This document shows positions 16,601 through 28,542 of a stretch of 64,000 bases of DNA, piece after piece. A program made the translations under genes and the position numbers. Every line of letters begins with the position of its first letter. Positions within the stretch are counted from its first letter, which is position 1. Origin of the DNA: Zygnema circumcarinatum SAG 698-1b. Taxonomy: Eukaryota > Plantae > Zygnematophyceae. The notes under the pieces were generated by a model. The model did no database searches. It was not told the DNA's origin and was given only the letters and a program-made list of their open reading frames with translations. The stretch is taken from NCBI GenBank assembly GCA_037447605.1, contig CM074804.1:2604001-2668000 (forward strand), in the 5' to 3' direction.

Positions 16601-17292
16601 ATGTCGCAACCGGAGGAGAGCCACGCGCGGGCGGAGAGGTCCCCCCTGGAGGAGGCAGCCGAGAGCATCCGCAAAACACATGCGGAGGAGTCCGCCAAGA
16701 GGGAGGACGCCATGGCGGGCATGCAGATGCATGCGAGCAACATCATGGCCGGCATGCAGGCCATGGCAGGCCACGGCAAGGCCAACGTGAAGGAAGGGAT
16801 GGCCAAGGCGGCGCATCCCATGGATGAGTATGTGAAGGACTGGAACCTATGGTTGGTCTGATGGTTTTTGGTTTGATTCTTTCGTATTACTTTCTATGGT
16901 CTTTTTTTTAGTTTATGTTTAAACCATGGTATATTGGCACGTGTACGGTATCAAATATGAATCGAGATGGATGAGAGGAGGTCAAGTTTGCTTCTTTTTT
17001 TCTGTAATTATTTTGTCACAGTTGATTCTAGTGCCTTCATGGTGAAACATTGGGAAAGCGCACTGGGTTTAATGGAGCGATAAAAAGAAAGCCAGGGACC
17101 CACGAGGAATTTCTGAACTTTAACCCTTCTTCTGTTACGGCATCCTCGTGGTTTTACAGAGAGAAGAGAGCCGAAGCCCACGCGGAGGCCGAAAGGGAAC
17201 GCCGCGCTGTCTCTGAGGAGCGCACTGAGAGGGGTCGGCAGGCGGAGGCGGAGGCGGAGGCGCAGAAAACTCGCCATCAAAGCCTGACATAG
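16601..17292 (+). CDS. Small hydrophilic LEA_1 (group 4)-like protein, 119 aa, 2 exons
   Basis: Exons 16601-16827 and 17160-17292 join in frame (GA|GTATGT...TTACAG|A). Ala/Glu/Met-rich ASNIMAGMQAMAGHGKANVKEGMAKAAHPMDEEKRAEAHAEAERE resembles the LEA_1 N-terminal helix. G-boxes at 16226 and 16256. Confidence 0.55.
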
Positions 17293-18222
17293 GAACGGGG
17301 GGGGCTTTTTGGAGAAGGAAAAAAAAAAAAAAAAAAAATCACAATGTCAAATGAAGAATTCTGAGACTTGAAATGTATATACGCACTAGCCTTGCCATTA
17401 GACATTTTGTGTTCGTTGTATGAAGAGGTGTCTAATGCTGCAACCGAATGAAATGATCCTTTCCTTTTGGGGATTGTGAATAGTTTGAAATTCTCGTCTT
17501 CTAGTTTTGCGTGTAACCTCAGGATTCGTTTACTTAGTTTCAGACTTTCAGTTAGCCAGCCATCACGTGCTGCACCACCCTCCGTCTATATTCTGTTAAA
17601 TGCGTACTGCGCATTTCCGTACAGTACAAATATTTCAAAGAAGGGGCAGAAGAACGAAAGCCGGATTTGCAAACTGGACCCTCTGCACAGCCGATCGACC
17701 GGTACCGTATTGTAAATCTAAAAATCTTCAGACGTGAGTAAGTGAGAGAAACGATCAGAACAAATGAACATAAAATCTCGACATAAAAAAACAAGGGGCG
17801 GTTTGGGGAGCTGACTGCGAGGGTATGAATGCGAGGATGGCATTTGAAGTAATCCGATGTTAAATGCTGGAAGGTCTTTAGCATGGCGAGATTTTTTTCA
17901 CTATCCTTATGGCGCTTAGAGTAAGTTAAGTTTTACCAACAAAGGAAGTCCTTAGCTTCTCAATATTAACTTGGAGAGGGATAACTCAGAGCGGGAGGGG
18001 GAGAGGGAGTGATAGGGGGGGAGAGGGAGGGAGAGGGACAGGGAGAGGAAGTGAGCGAACGAGAGTAAGAACGACAGAGAACAGCAAACAGAAGTCTCTA
18101 ACAAAACTACGCACATCTTTACAACACAGTAACCCTAATTTCGTGAAACCCCTTGAAAAACCAAAAATGCTTCCCTTAACCCATAAACATATTTCACAAC
18201 TTACAAAGAAAAATCCCCATCC

Positions 18223-20725
18223 TCACTCCCTTCCCAAAAGACCTTCCATAGTTTCAAGCAACGGTTGGTTAAGGGTCTCCGGCAAAGGCCACATACAGCC
18301 TCCCGCTACGATTCCAAAAAACCCCATTACCAACAAAGGGAGGGAATAGTGAAAACCTTTCAGCACCAACACCCACGGAGCCAGAATAGTTCCAATTTGA
18401 GATGCCTGGCTTGCAATACTCAGTGCCGTATTTCGCACAACGGTAGGAAAGAGCTCTCCCGCATACAAATACGCCAAAGCATACGAAGATGAGATTCCAA
18501 ACTTTCCTAAAAGAGCGCACACAATAGTGAGAGTCCCCCTCATAGTGCCACCGTACAACCTGTCGGAGGTTTCTGGCGCTTCCCAGGCAGATTGAACATT
18601 TCCAACGCCGTAGTTGTTTCGGCTTCGAAAAGTAGTGAAAACATGGGCCTCTGCTGAGGAAACAAATAATGTTGTTGGAGTTTTCTTGGCATCCAGAAAA
18701 AGGACTCCGAGGAAGCAGCAAATGCCGCTAAGGATGAGGCCTCCCATAATCAAAGGACGCCGCCCGATTCTTTCGATTACAAAGGCCAAAATGCAGTAGG
18801 CTGGAAACTCGATGAACGCATTCATGAAGGTGCTAAAGTAGGCGTTTTCTCCCAGATTCACTGAATTCAGACTCAGTCCGTAGTACACGACGGCACATGT
18901 GAACCAGCAGAACATCATAATGAACATCCGATTCCGTGTTTCTGTGTAACGGAAAACGTTGAGAACGCTTCCACTTGTACTTGGCACTGTCAAATCTTCA
19001 CCCAACAACTTGCGCATGGAGTCCTCCGTTCCGTTCTGCCTCCCTCTCTCACTAACTACCACTCTTTCACTTTGACTATCTTCCCTCTCTTGCTCCGTCC
19101 TTAGTCGCAGAGAATTGGGAAGATTTCTGCCGTTTGTTCTTGCAATGTTTCTAAGTACTTGTAGCGCCTTTTCAGGCTTCCCATGCACTAAGTACCAACG
19201 GGGTGATTCCTCCACAAATGGAAATATAACACATAGATACACTAATGAAGGGAGGGTTGTGAAGAGAAATAGCTTCCTCCATGTCCTTATAAAGTAAGCT
19301 ACAATCGCAAGTACCATCTGTCCTAGGGCATAAGTGTAGGCTGTAGCAAGACCTACTTGGCCTCTTTTGGTGGGGCCCACAAGTTCCGTAGCAAGAACGT
19401 ACTGAGTGACGCTTGTACCGGATAAACCGAAACCACTAACTCCTCGACAGAAAAGATAGACCCAGTAGTTGGGAGAGATGGAGGTCAATAATCCAAAAAT
19501 AAGCGCGATAAGTAAGGAGCCTCCAAGGGCACCTTTTCTTCCCAGGCAGCCGTCAGAGAGAGTACCAACAACTCCAGCACCTGATGCGAACGAATAAGAG
19601 CCTCAGGTTTTGAAAATAGCACTACAAACTGGAGAAAAATAAATGAAAATGTTGGAAGAATTAGGGTATAAAGTAGAGTAAATGAGCTTACCGAATAAAA
19701 ATCCGGTAAAAAAAACAGACCCCACAAGACCTGCCTTGTACGACTCCCCGCATATCAGATCCCACTCCGTTACAACGGAAACGGAACGGCCGCCGTCCCA
19801 TTCCCATGTACTGCGTTCCATGTCGCATAAGGAGGCAGTAGGAGAGCACGAAACGTAGAACTGAGCCGCGTTCCGTTGAGCATCGTCGTGGTTGAGAACC
19901 CTGCTAACTGCTTCTATGCTGAAAGGATGGGTCGTTCCATTGATGGAATTTTCCATAGAAACTATTTTGGGGTTGTTAACGCAGTGCCATTCAGGAACAC
20001 GTTCTGAAGAAGACAGAGAAAGCATGGGAACGGATGAGAATTTCAAGTTAAGGAACAAAAGGGCGGAGCTGATGCTTCTAAGGCTTTGCACAAACCCTAA
20101 ATGACCCTAAATTAGATGAATATCATTCATACATTTTGACCACCAAACCCTAAAAACAATTACCCTGAACCCTAAAACCGTGAAGCGGCCCTCAACCCCA
20201 GACCCCGAATCTCAAATCCTAAACTCTATACACTGAACCAAGAACTCCAAAGCCTCAACCTTACACCACAAATTTCAAACTTCAAACACAAACCCAAACC
20301 CAAACCCAAACCCAAACCCTCAACCCCAAATTCTGGACTCTCCACTCCAACTCTTAAACCCCAAATCCTAGACCTAAACCCTAAATCCCACACCTTCAAC
20401 CTCAAATCCTAAACCCAAAACACCAACCTTAACCTCTGAAGCCCCCCCCACCTGAGAACATCATCGTAAACGTCTGCAGGCCCACAAGCGTCCACGACAT
20501 TGTCACGAGCACAAAGTGCCAGAGCTGCGCGAGGCCGAATTCGCCCACGTGGCGCTGCAGGGCCTCGTCCACAGTGAGCGCTTCCCCGGCGCCCTGAACC
20601 CCAGCGCCGCTCTCAGTTCCTAAACCCTGCAAGGGTTCAGGGGCAGTGCCCCCATTCACAGCCTCACAGTATACCTCGATACGCCCACTGTGCGAGGGTT
20701 CAGCCTCTCCGGCGGCGGCAGCCAT
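18223..20725 (-). CDS. OCT: Organic cation/carnitine transporter-like (MFS sugar-porter fold), 647 aa, 3 exons
   Basis: Exons 20725-20452, 20003-19692, 19580-18223 (1944 nt, in frame). Motifs SVVTEWDLIC, LSDGCLGRK, LATELVGPTKRG, VEESPRWY, YYGLSLN, ELFPTVVRN, LPET. Confidence 0.95.
20090..20440 (+). repeat. Degenerate telomere-like (CCCTAAA) tract in intron 1 of the second OCT gene
   Basis: aaaccctaa, aaccccaaa, aacccaaacccaaa units with ~7-nt periodicity. Confidence 0.75.
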
Positions 20726-20929
20726 AGAAAAAAGCTTATGATTTAAGCAGGTGAGGAGCTTCCTGCACCCTAGGGTTCAGCAAAACCCTCCGGTTTTTTT
20801 ATTTTAATTTTTTAAAGTGGAAAGAATATCGGGATTGGCGATCTGACTGCGAGTAAATAAAACCTGAACCCTCCTGCGTCGAGGCGGAGGATGGCCTTGA
20901 ACCCCTACCGCACTGTGCTCTCCGGATGG

Positions 20930-20972
20930 CACGTGTTACAGCCACGTGTCATCTGGCTGGAATGTCCACGTG
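20930..20972. promoter_or_regulatory. G-box/ABRE cluster upstream of the second OCT gene
   Basis: CACGTG at 20930, 20943 and 20967, 205-250 bp upstream of ATG 20725. Confidence 0.55.
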
Positions 20973-21178
20973 GGATACGGCAGTGACCGGCCGTACAGGC
21001 GGGAGATGTCGGTGCGGCATACAGTAGGACCCCATCATATTTTCCACCTCCAAAAGTGCGTCACCAATAAATTCGCACCAATTTTGCCGAAACCACTTTT
21101 TGCGTTGCCGTAGGCAAAAGCTTTGCGGTCGTTTTGATCCGTACGACGGATTCGATTATGTTGTGAAAGATTAATTTA

Positions 21179-21960
21179 ATGAAAATGGGGTATAGTTCCC
21201 GCGAGTCTGACGTTGCCACGTCGCGCGTCCTGATTGGTTGTGCGTTTCGTTGGATCGAATGCGCAGAAAATGGGGTATATTGCGTACTTATTGTGTCATT
21301 GCCACGTGTCGTTTTCTACGTACGACGGCGTTCGATTTTGATGTTTTATGTGGTGTACGGATTCGGTTAGGTTGTGAATGATGAATTTAATGAAAATGGG
21401 GTATAGTTGCCGCGAGTCTGACGTTGCCACGTCGCGCGTCCTGATTGGTTGTGCGTTTCGTTGGATCGAATGCGCAGAAAATGGGGTATATTGCGTACTT
21501 ATTGTGTCATTGCCACGTGTCGTTTTCTACGTACGACGGCGTTCGATTTTGATGTTTTATGTGGTGTACGGATTCGGTTAGGTTGTGAATGATGAATTTA
21601 ATGAAAATGGGGTATAGTTGCCGCGAGTCTGACGTTGCCACGTCGCGCGTCCTGATTGGTTGTGCGTTTCGTTGGATCGAATGCGCATAAAATGGGGTAT
21701 ATCGCGTTCCCATTCTGTCATTGCCACGTGTCGATACTACGTACGACGGCGTTCGATTTTGATGTTTTATGTGGTGTACGGATTCGGTTAGGTTGTGAAT
21801 GATGAATTTAATGAAAATGGGGTATAGTTTCCGCGAGTCTGACGTTGCCACGTCGCGCGTCATGATTGGTTGTGCGTTTCGTCGGATCGAATGCGTAGAA
21901 AATGTGGTATATCGCGTACCCATTCTGTCATTGCCACGTGTCGTTTTCTATGTACGACAG
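21179..21960 (+). repeat. ~211-bp tandem repeat, about 3.7 copies
   Basis: Unit starts (ATGAAAATGGGGTATAG) at 21179, 21390, 21601 and 21811. Confidence 0.95.
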
Positions 21961-22300
21961 TTTGTGGTTTGGATGTTTTACGGGACGTATTGTTGTAAAT
22001 AGGGTATTTGCGTAGCGTGTTTAAAGTGGCCACGTGGTGCATTCCTATTGGTTAGCACGAACGGAATTAGTTATACTTCTTATCCAGTCAGAAATTGCCA
22101 CGTTGGTGCTGTAGTGTGTTTTTGGATGTCTGTTATCCAGTCAGGTGTTGCCACGTAGCCCTAAAATGGGAAAAAAACCAAAAAAAAACATAATCAATCT
22201 AAATATTACAACATGTGGCCTCATGTTGTATTTATTAGTTTGATTTTTTTTTTTTTTTTTTTTTTTTTGTAAAAGTCACACACGAAAATACACACACACA

Positions 22301-22373
<73 letters not shown>

Positions 22374-23522
22374 ACACACACACACACACTCTCACACACA
22401 CACACATACAGACACACACACACTCACACACTGTAGCGAAACGCTACAGTCACCCACGGGAGGTGTACTTAGGGCGCGCTCCGTCCTAGTGCTCTCACCC
22501 CGGGCGCGGGCCGAGTGGCCAAGGCGTCGGGGACCACCTAGGACCAGGAAGGGTCCTGGGATCGAACCTTGCGAAGGTTGCAAGGGTTCGATGCGGCGCG
22601 GTATACTGAGACATATATGTATCGCGTCGCCGATGTGGTCGAGGGATCACGGAATCCCGACCACATCTTCCTTACGTTTTGGAACGTAACCGTCATCCGT
22701 ACAATTACGGGTCACCGTTGGTACGGACGAGCTGACAGTCGAACCCCGCGCCGCGCGCGTAGGATCCGACCGTGCACTGACGTACGGCGACGTTGTACAC
22801 CTCTGACCCATTCGGGTCAGAGAGGGACACGTGGCAGTCTGCCATTGGACAGCCCTGCTTCCAATCCTCCATGCTGGTAGGAGGTTCGACGGGGGAAGCG
22901 TAAAGGGGCGTGGGTGACTGTCGTCACCCAACCAACGTACCGGCATTCGGTTGCACCCCTGCCCAGGGCTGCGCCACTCTCTGAAGCTCTCTCGCTCTTG
23001 CTCTCGCCCTCTCGCTGAACTCTGAGTGCTGGTGTGTTATTCCGCGCAGGCTGAAGGAGTTAGATTTCAGCCGTGACATTTGGTATCAGAGCCAGGTTTC
23101 TTTTCTTTTTGGGAAGGAACCTGTTGGTCATGGTGACCACTCGCCGGGCCGGAGGGGACCCGGGGCCCTCGGGGCCGCCACCTCCACCACCTGTCCCCCG
23201 GGACGAGGTGATGGAGGAGAACTCGGAGACTGCGGCCGTCCCCATGGAGGGGCCCAGTCCCGAACCCACGGATGGCCCAAGCCATCCGGCGCATCTGCCC
23301 GCTTCCCAGCGCCGCCCGATCTGGCTTGTGGTGAAGGATCCGGCGATCTTTCCCCATGGATGAGGCGGCTAAATCGCTAATGGGGCTGGCGATCTAAGGA
23401 AAAGGGTCGCTTGAGATTTGGGGAGGAGGAGGTGACTCAGTGCGTCCGGACACCCGGGGTTACCACAGGAGGATGGAGCGACATAGATTCCAGCGATCGC
23501 CCGGCTTGGTGGGCGCGCTCGA

Positions 23523-24659
23523 ATGGAGTTCGGGGCGCTGGACGAGCTCAGGAGGGTCGAGGAAAGTACCCCGAACCCGGTACGTAGAGAAGCATTAGAT
23601 CACGGCAGGTCACGGGAAGGGTTAAATGAACCTCGCGTTATGCAGTCGGCGCCCAACCGAGGCGCGGGAAGCCCAGCCGGCGGTGATCCCGGACCCACTG
23701 GTTTTCCGGGAAGTCACCAGCGGGGGTGGCGAACCACCAGTGGGGGACCCGAGTGGGGCGGTACTGGCGGGGGCGGAGGAGATCGATCCTCGGCCGCTCC
23801 TCCGCCCAACCTCTTGAGGATGTCAGGCGGAATGCGGGCCAAGGTGGCCCCGCTTTCCTTTTGGGGCGAACATCCTAACACGGACTGTTCGATTGAGCAG
23901 TGGTTGGGCCAAACGAAGGGTTACCTTCTGGCGACCAACTGTCCCCCCCTCCAGTGGGTAAGCTTTGCTTACCCGGCACTCAGAGGAGCCGCATACCGGG
24001 TGTATGAGGGCCTCTCTGATGAGATTGGGGACGATTGGGATAAGTTCAGAGATGAACTTATCAAACACTTTGGGGCCTTGGATCCCGGCTTGGAGGCCCG
24101 GGATAAGTTTCAGAACATGGTCCAAACCGGCAGTGTCAAGCAGTTTCTGCGAGACCTGCGACAAGTGGTGCCTCAAATCACCACTCACAAGCCTGGACAG
24201 GCTGAGTTCTTTTTCCACTTCAGGAATGGCTTGAAGCCACACCTGAGGAAGCAGCTAAGGACTAACCCACGGACTCTGAAACCGTGGGACCCCGCTGACT
24301 CTGAGCTGTACTTTGATGCAGCCATTCAGTTGGACACCGCCCCTGCAGGCGATGCAGGCCCTTCCCGACCCCAGCAGAGGTCGGGCGACGTGACAGGGTC
24401 GTGGAAGGCGGGACCCTCAGCTCCTGCCAAGATGGCAGGAAAGAACAAGCGGAAGCAGCCGGAAGTGGCTGCCCGCCCACCCACTGCACGGCCGCAGAAG
24501 TTGACTCCAGAGGAAATGGAGAAGATGCAGCGGGAGAACAAGTGTTTCCGCTGGCGCAAGGAGGGGCACAAGGCCCGGGATTGCCCTCTGAACGCCAAGG
24601 ACAAGAAGGGCAAGGGGCCGGAAAACCCCAACCACTGTAGTGACTCCTTCTGGGTTTAG
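23523..24659 (+). CDS. Gypsy Gag
   Basis: Retrotrans_gag-like region (LRGAAYRVY...WDKFRDELIKHFG) and zinc knuckle CFRWRKEGHKARDC, with the second Cys read as Trp. Confidence 0.85.
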   Translation: MEFGALDELRRVEESTPNPVRREALDHGRSREGLNEPRVMQSAPNRGAGSPAGGDPGPTGFPGSHQRGWRTTSGGPEWGGTGGGGGDRSSAAPPPNLLRMSGGMRAKVAPLSFWGEHPNTDCSIEQWLGQTKGYLLATNCPPLQWVSFAYPALRGAAYRVYEGLSDEIGDDWDKFRDELIKHFGALDPGLEARDKFQNMVQTGSVKQFLRDLRQVVPQITTHKPGQAEFFFHFRNGLKPHLRKQLRTNPRTLKPWDPADSELYFDAAIQLDTAPAGDAGPSRPQQRSGDVTGSWKAGPSAPAKMAGKNKRKQPEVAARPPTARPQKLTPEEMEKMQRENKCFRWRKEGHKARDCPLNAKDKKGKGPENPNHCSDSFWV

Positions 24660-26466
24660 GGATGTAGTGATGAATGGTGATTGGCATGTCTTTATCCTCA
24701 ATGTCATGGGCGATGATGTTCTCATGCAATGTGCCATGGATGCTTTGCATGTCATGGGAAACACCTCCCATGTCCTTGGGCTGCATGTGCTGATTCCTCA
24801 GCACATGGCAGTTCGCACCTTTCCCAACGCCATTTGGCGGTTGGTCCAACGGTTGAGGAAAGGGCACAAATTGGTGCAGACGATGGAAGGGTCCACCAGT
24901 TCGCTGGTTGGGTCACCCTACACCTTGGTGTGGAGGACGGCTCGTCCTCAACCCTCGCATACAGTGCGATCTATGTTCCATCTTGCCCATTGTGCCATGA
25001 CCTTCACCGGGTCAGCCAATGGCCACCCAGCAGTTATACTGCTAGATACTGGGGCAGATGCTAACTTTGTTAGTTCTGCATTCACCCAAAGGTTTGGGTT
25101 GACCACAGATCCCACGTTAAGTGTTACTTTTGAGGATGGCCTTGGGAATGGATCTACGGCATGCGTCACACTCAAGATCAAGCTCCAATCCTACTCCGGG
25201 GCAGTGAAGTGTCTTCTGACACAACTGGCCCCTGGTACGGATGTTATTTTAGGGAGTGCTTGGTTAACCATGGTCAAAGCCCAATTGGACTTTTCCATCC
25301 CACACTGTATTCTGCACAGTGGGGATAGGCGCATCACACTGCACCCTGGCAAACCCACATCCACTGCTATCACGCAGGTTGATACTCCTTATCTCTGCTC
25401 GGCTATGCAATTGGCCAAAGCAGTTAAGGAGGGTTGCACCTTGTTCATGGTGCATGTCATGGCAGCCACTGAGGATGTTCATGACGAAGATCAGGAATGG
25501 CAGATCACATCTACGGATGTGCTCTCGGCTGTTCCGTCTCAGATCCAACCTCTGTTGGATGAGTTCAGGGATGTCTTCCCTGACGACCTTCCAAGAGGGT
25601 TGCCACCATCGAGAGGGGTGGGGCACACAATCCCTCTTGAGCCTGAGCAAAAGCCGCCTTGGCGGCCGATCTATCGGTTAAGTCCGAAGGAAACCGAGGA
25701 AATGCGTAAGCAGTTGACTACTTTACGGGACAAGGGCTGGATAGAGCCCAGCCAAAGCCCTTTTGGGGCGCCCATCTTGTTTGTTGGCAAGAAAGATGGC
25801 TCGTTGAGGATGTGCATTGATTATCGTGCACTCAACAAGATCACCGTAAAGAATCGATTTGCTTTACCACGTATCGATGATCTGTTGGATCGTCTTCACG
25901 GCGCCAAAGTGTTTACTTCACTTGATCTTGCTCAGGGGTATCATCAGATCCGCGTCACGGAAGCTGATGTGCCAAAAACTGCGTTCCGGACGCCGATTGG
26001 TCATTTCCAATATAAGGTGTTGCCCTTTGGATTGACTAATGCTCCGGCAACTTTCCAGGCTGTCATGAACGAGATGTTCATCGGCATGGACGAGTTTGTT
26101 TTGGTTTACCTCGATGATATCCTTGTCTTCAGTAAGACGGAGGAGGAACATCTTGAACACGTTCGAAAAGTGTTTGAGACCCTGAGGAAACACCAGTTTT
26201 ATGCCAAGAGGAAGAAGTGTCATTTCATGCAACGTGAGTTGCTTTATCTTGGGCATATCTTGAATGATCAGGGCCTTCGGCCTGATCCTGCCAAAGTTTC
26301 AGCGGTAGAAACTTGGGCGCCACCGACTGACTTGCATCAGTTGAGGTCTTTTCTGGGCTTTGCGAATTATTTTCGTAAGTTCATCCAAGGGTTCAGTAAA
26401 TTGGTTACTCCCTTGACTAACTTGACACGTTCCGGTGTCCCCTTTGTGTGGACCCCAGAGTGCTAG
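24640..26466 (+). CDS. Gypsy Pol, protease and reverse transcriptase, ending at a premature TAG
   Basis: LLDTGAD protease motif; RMCIDYRALN, FTSLDLAQGYHQ, VLPFGLTNAPATFQ, VYLDDILVFS. The RNase H motif VVCDASGFALGAVL continues in frame after the stop. Confidence 0.93.
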   Translation: MTPSGFRDVVMNGDWHVFILNVMGDDVLMQCAMDALHVMGNTSHVLGLHVLIPQHMAVRTFPNAIWRLVQRLRKGHKLVQTMEGSTSSLVGSPYTLVWRTARPQPSHTVRSMFHLAHCAMTFTGSANGHPAVILLDTGADANFVSSAFTQRFGLTTDPTLSVTFEDGLGNGSTACVTLKIKLQSYSGAVKCLLTQLAPGTDVILGSAWLTMVKAQLDFSIPHCILHSGDRRITLHPGKPTSTAITQVDTPYLCSAMQLAKAVKEGCTLFMVHVMAATEDVHDEDQEWQITSTDVLSAVPSQIQPLLDEFRDVFPDDLPRGLPPSRGVGHTIPLEPEQKPPWRPIYRLSPKETEEMRKQLTTLRDKGWIEPSQSPFGAPILFVGKKDGSLRMCIDYRALNKITVKNRFALPRIDDLLDRLHGAKVFTSLDLAQGYHQIRVTEADVPKTAFRTPIGHFQYKVLPFGLTNAPATFQAVMNEMFIGMDEFVLVYLDDILVFSKTEEEHLEHVRKVFETLRKHQFYAKRKKCHFMQRELLYLGHILNDQGLRPDPAKVSAVETWAPPTDLHQLRSFLGFANYFRKFIQGFSKLVTPLTNLTRSGVPFVWTPEC

Positions 26467-27225
26467 GAAGCATTCGAGGGTGTATGCCATGCACTGGTTA
26501 CCGCCCTTACACTCCGTTTAGCGGACCCGTCCAAACCATATGAAGTGGTTTGTGATGCTTCGGGATTCGCCTTGGGTGCCGTCTTGTTTCAAGATGGCCA
26601 ACCTTTGGCGTATGAAAGCCGCAAAATGAATCAGTGGCGCCAACTATTACGCAGCGAGCGAGGCTAACTGCGGTAGTGCATACGAGGGCATGGCGGTGCG
26701 CGCTGCTTTAGAAGGCCCGGCGGTCCGCGGCCCAGTCGCGACCACGCCCGGCCCGGCGTTCCTCTCGGCCCAGCAGTGAGACCACTGTCTGGGCGGCGAG
26801 CTGGCGAATTACGAGTTCCTCCAAAGGTTTTATTTGCCGATTGGGTTTATGCGGCGGGAATTTGAATGTAGAACCAGCAGTAGAGGCAGCCTCGACTACT
26901 GGATGGTGCCTTTCGTCATTTCGAGTGTTGGTGGAGCGAGATAGCCAGTGAGGGCGGCCAACCCGTCTCAGATCTCGGTATGCTTTGTCATAGATCCCTC
27001 CACGGTGGCCTTGATCCAGCCCTCTGCTCTCTCACGATCACCGAGGCAGTTGATTGGGAGGGTATGCTGATGATCGCTTCCATTCTGGATGGCCAAGGTA
27101 ATGGCTATAAGGACAAAGTGGTGTCAAGGACGGATTTTGGTACCCGCGATAGCGGTTAGTCGTGCTGAGCGGGGCCCATGCGGCGGCTCGATGCGGGTAG
27201 TACATGATCCTCCGGCCGAGGTCAC

Positions 27226-28542
27226 ATGGGAGTTGCCAAAACCCGTGAGGCACTGCTCCGAGAGTTCTGGTGGCCTGGACTCTCGAGGGATGTGAAAGCG
27301 TATGTACTCGCTTGTCCAACTTGTCAACGAAACAAACCCCGCACTGGCAGGATCCCTGGCCAGCTGCATCCCCTCACACCTCCTTTTCGGAAATGGGATA
27401 GTGTGGGTATGGACTTGATCACAGATCTTCCTGTGACACCTCGGGGGCATGACTCCATCCTCGTCTTTGTCGATCGGCTCAGCAAGATGGTGCATTTTGC
27501 ACCAACTACTAAGACCGCTGGGGCCGACGAGATTGCACGGTTGTATGTTGACAAAGTGTGGAGCCAGCATGGTCTTCAGTCAGAAATTGTGTCTGACCGT
27601 GATCCACGATTCACCGGCCATTTCTGGACGGAAGTGCTCAAAATCGTGGGGACCAAGCAGGCGTTGAGTACAGCTTTCCACCCGCAAACCGATGGCCAGA
27701 CGGAACGGGTGAACAGGATCCTGGAGGATTACCTCCGGCATTATGTGGGACCCACCCCGGATGGGTGGGATGAACTGCTCCCAGTGGCTGAGTACGCCAT
27801 CAATAATGCTTACCAGGAGTCCATTGGTACCACCCCTTTCTTCCTGAACTTTGGTCAGCATCCTCTAAATCCCCTGCAACCAAGGGATCAGCCCCCTGAT
27901 CCGTGGAACATGGGCGTCCACAGAACCCCCGATCCTTGGAAGCTGAGAGGGACTGATGGGACTCAACCTCCCGCAGTCAGATCTTTTGTCCGGCTAATGT
28001 CTGAGGCGCTGCAGAGGGCACGGCAGACCCTGCTAGCGGCCCAGTCGCGACAAAAGGCCTATGCTGACCGTCACCGTACCCAACTCACCTTCAATGAGGG
28101 CGATGAGGTGTTGCTAAGTACGGCGAACTTGAGACTCAAAGCTTATGGCGGAACACGTAAGCTGTGGCCCCGCTTCATTGGGCCCTTCAGGGTCATGAAG
28201 CGCATCAATGAGGTCGCTTACCGGTTGGATTTACCAGCCCATATGAAGGTGCATCCGGTCTTTCATGTGGGATTGCTAAAGGCCTACCGCAGCGATGGGA
28301 GGATCCAACCACCTCCCCCACCAGTGGAACTTGAAGGTGAACTTGAGTACGAAGTTGAAACCATTCAAGCCCACCGTATTGTGAGAAAGGGTCGCTCTTC
28401 CCGTCACGAATACCTCGTGAAGTGGTTGGGCTATGGGGTTGAACATAGCACATGGGAAGCCGAGGGCAACTTAACCAATTGCCAGGAGCTCATAAACTTG
28501 TACTGGGAGGCGCAGGCCGCGGGAGAGCGGGCGAGGGGCTGA
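27226..28542 (+). CDS. Gypsy integrase with GPY/F module and C-terminal chromodomain
   Basis: CPTCQRNK, WDSVGMDLITDLP, IVSDRDPRF, HPQTDGQTERVN, RFIGPFRV, HPVFHV, YEVETI...YLVKWLGYGVEHSTWE. Confidence 0.95.
   Translation: MGVAKTREALLREFWWPGLSRDVKAYVLACPTCQRNKPRTGRIPGQLHPLTPPFRKWDSVGMDLITDLPVTPRGHDSILVFVDRLSKMVHFAPTTKTAGADEIARLYVDKVWSQHGLQSEIVSDRDPRFTGHFWTEVLKIVGTKQALSTAFHPQTDGQTERVNRILEDYLRHYVGPTPDGWDELLPVAEYAINNAYQESIGTTPFFLNFGQHPLNPLQPRDQPPDPWNMGVHRTPDPWKLRGTDGTQPPAVRSFVRLMSEALQRARQTLLAAQSRQKAYADRHRTQLTFNEGDEVLLSTANLRLKAYGGTRKLWPRFIGPFRVMKRINEVAYRLDLPAHMKVHPVFHVGLLKAYRSDGRIQPPPPPVELEGELEYEVETIQAHRIVRKGRSSRHEYLVKWLGYGVEHSTWEAEGNLTNCQELINLYWEAQAAGERARG

Noticed and set aside
21179-21960. CRISPR-like array
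   Set aside because: Whole 211-bp units repeat with no unique spacers, there are no cas genes and the context is eukaryotic. The same applies to the modules at 57.6-60.2 kb.
26640-27225. Apparently novel sequence replacing gypsy RNase H
   Set aside because: RNase H remnants are visible but riddled with indels while the flanking ORFs are clean. This looks like a low-quality long-read patch.
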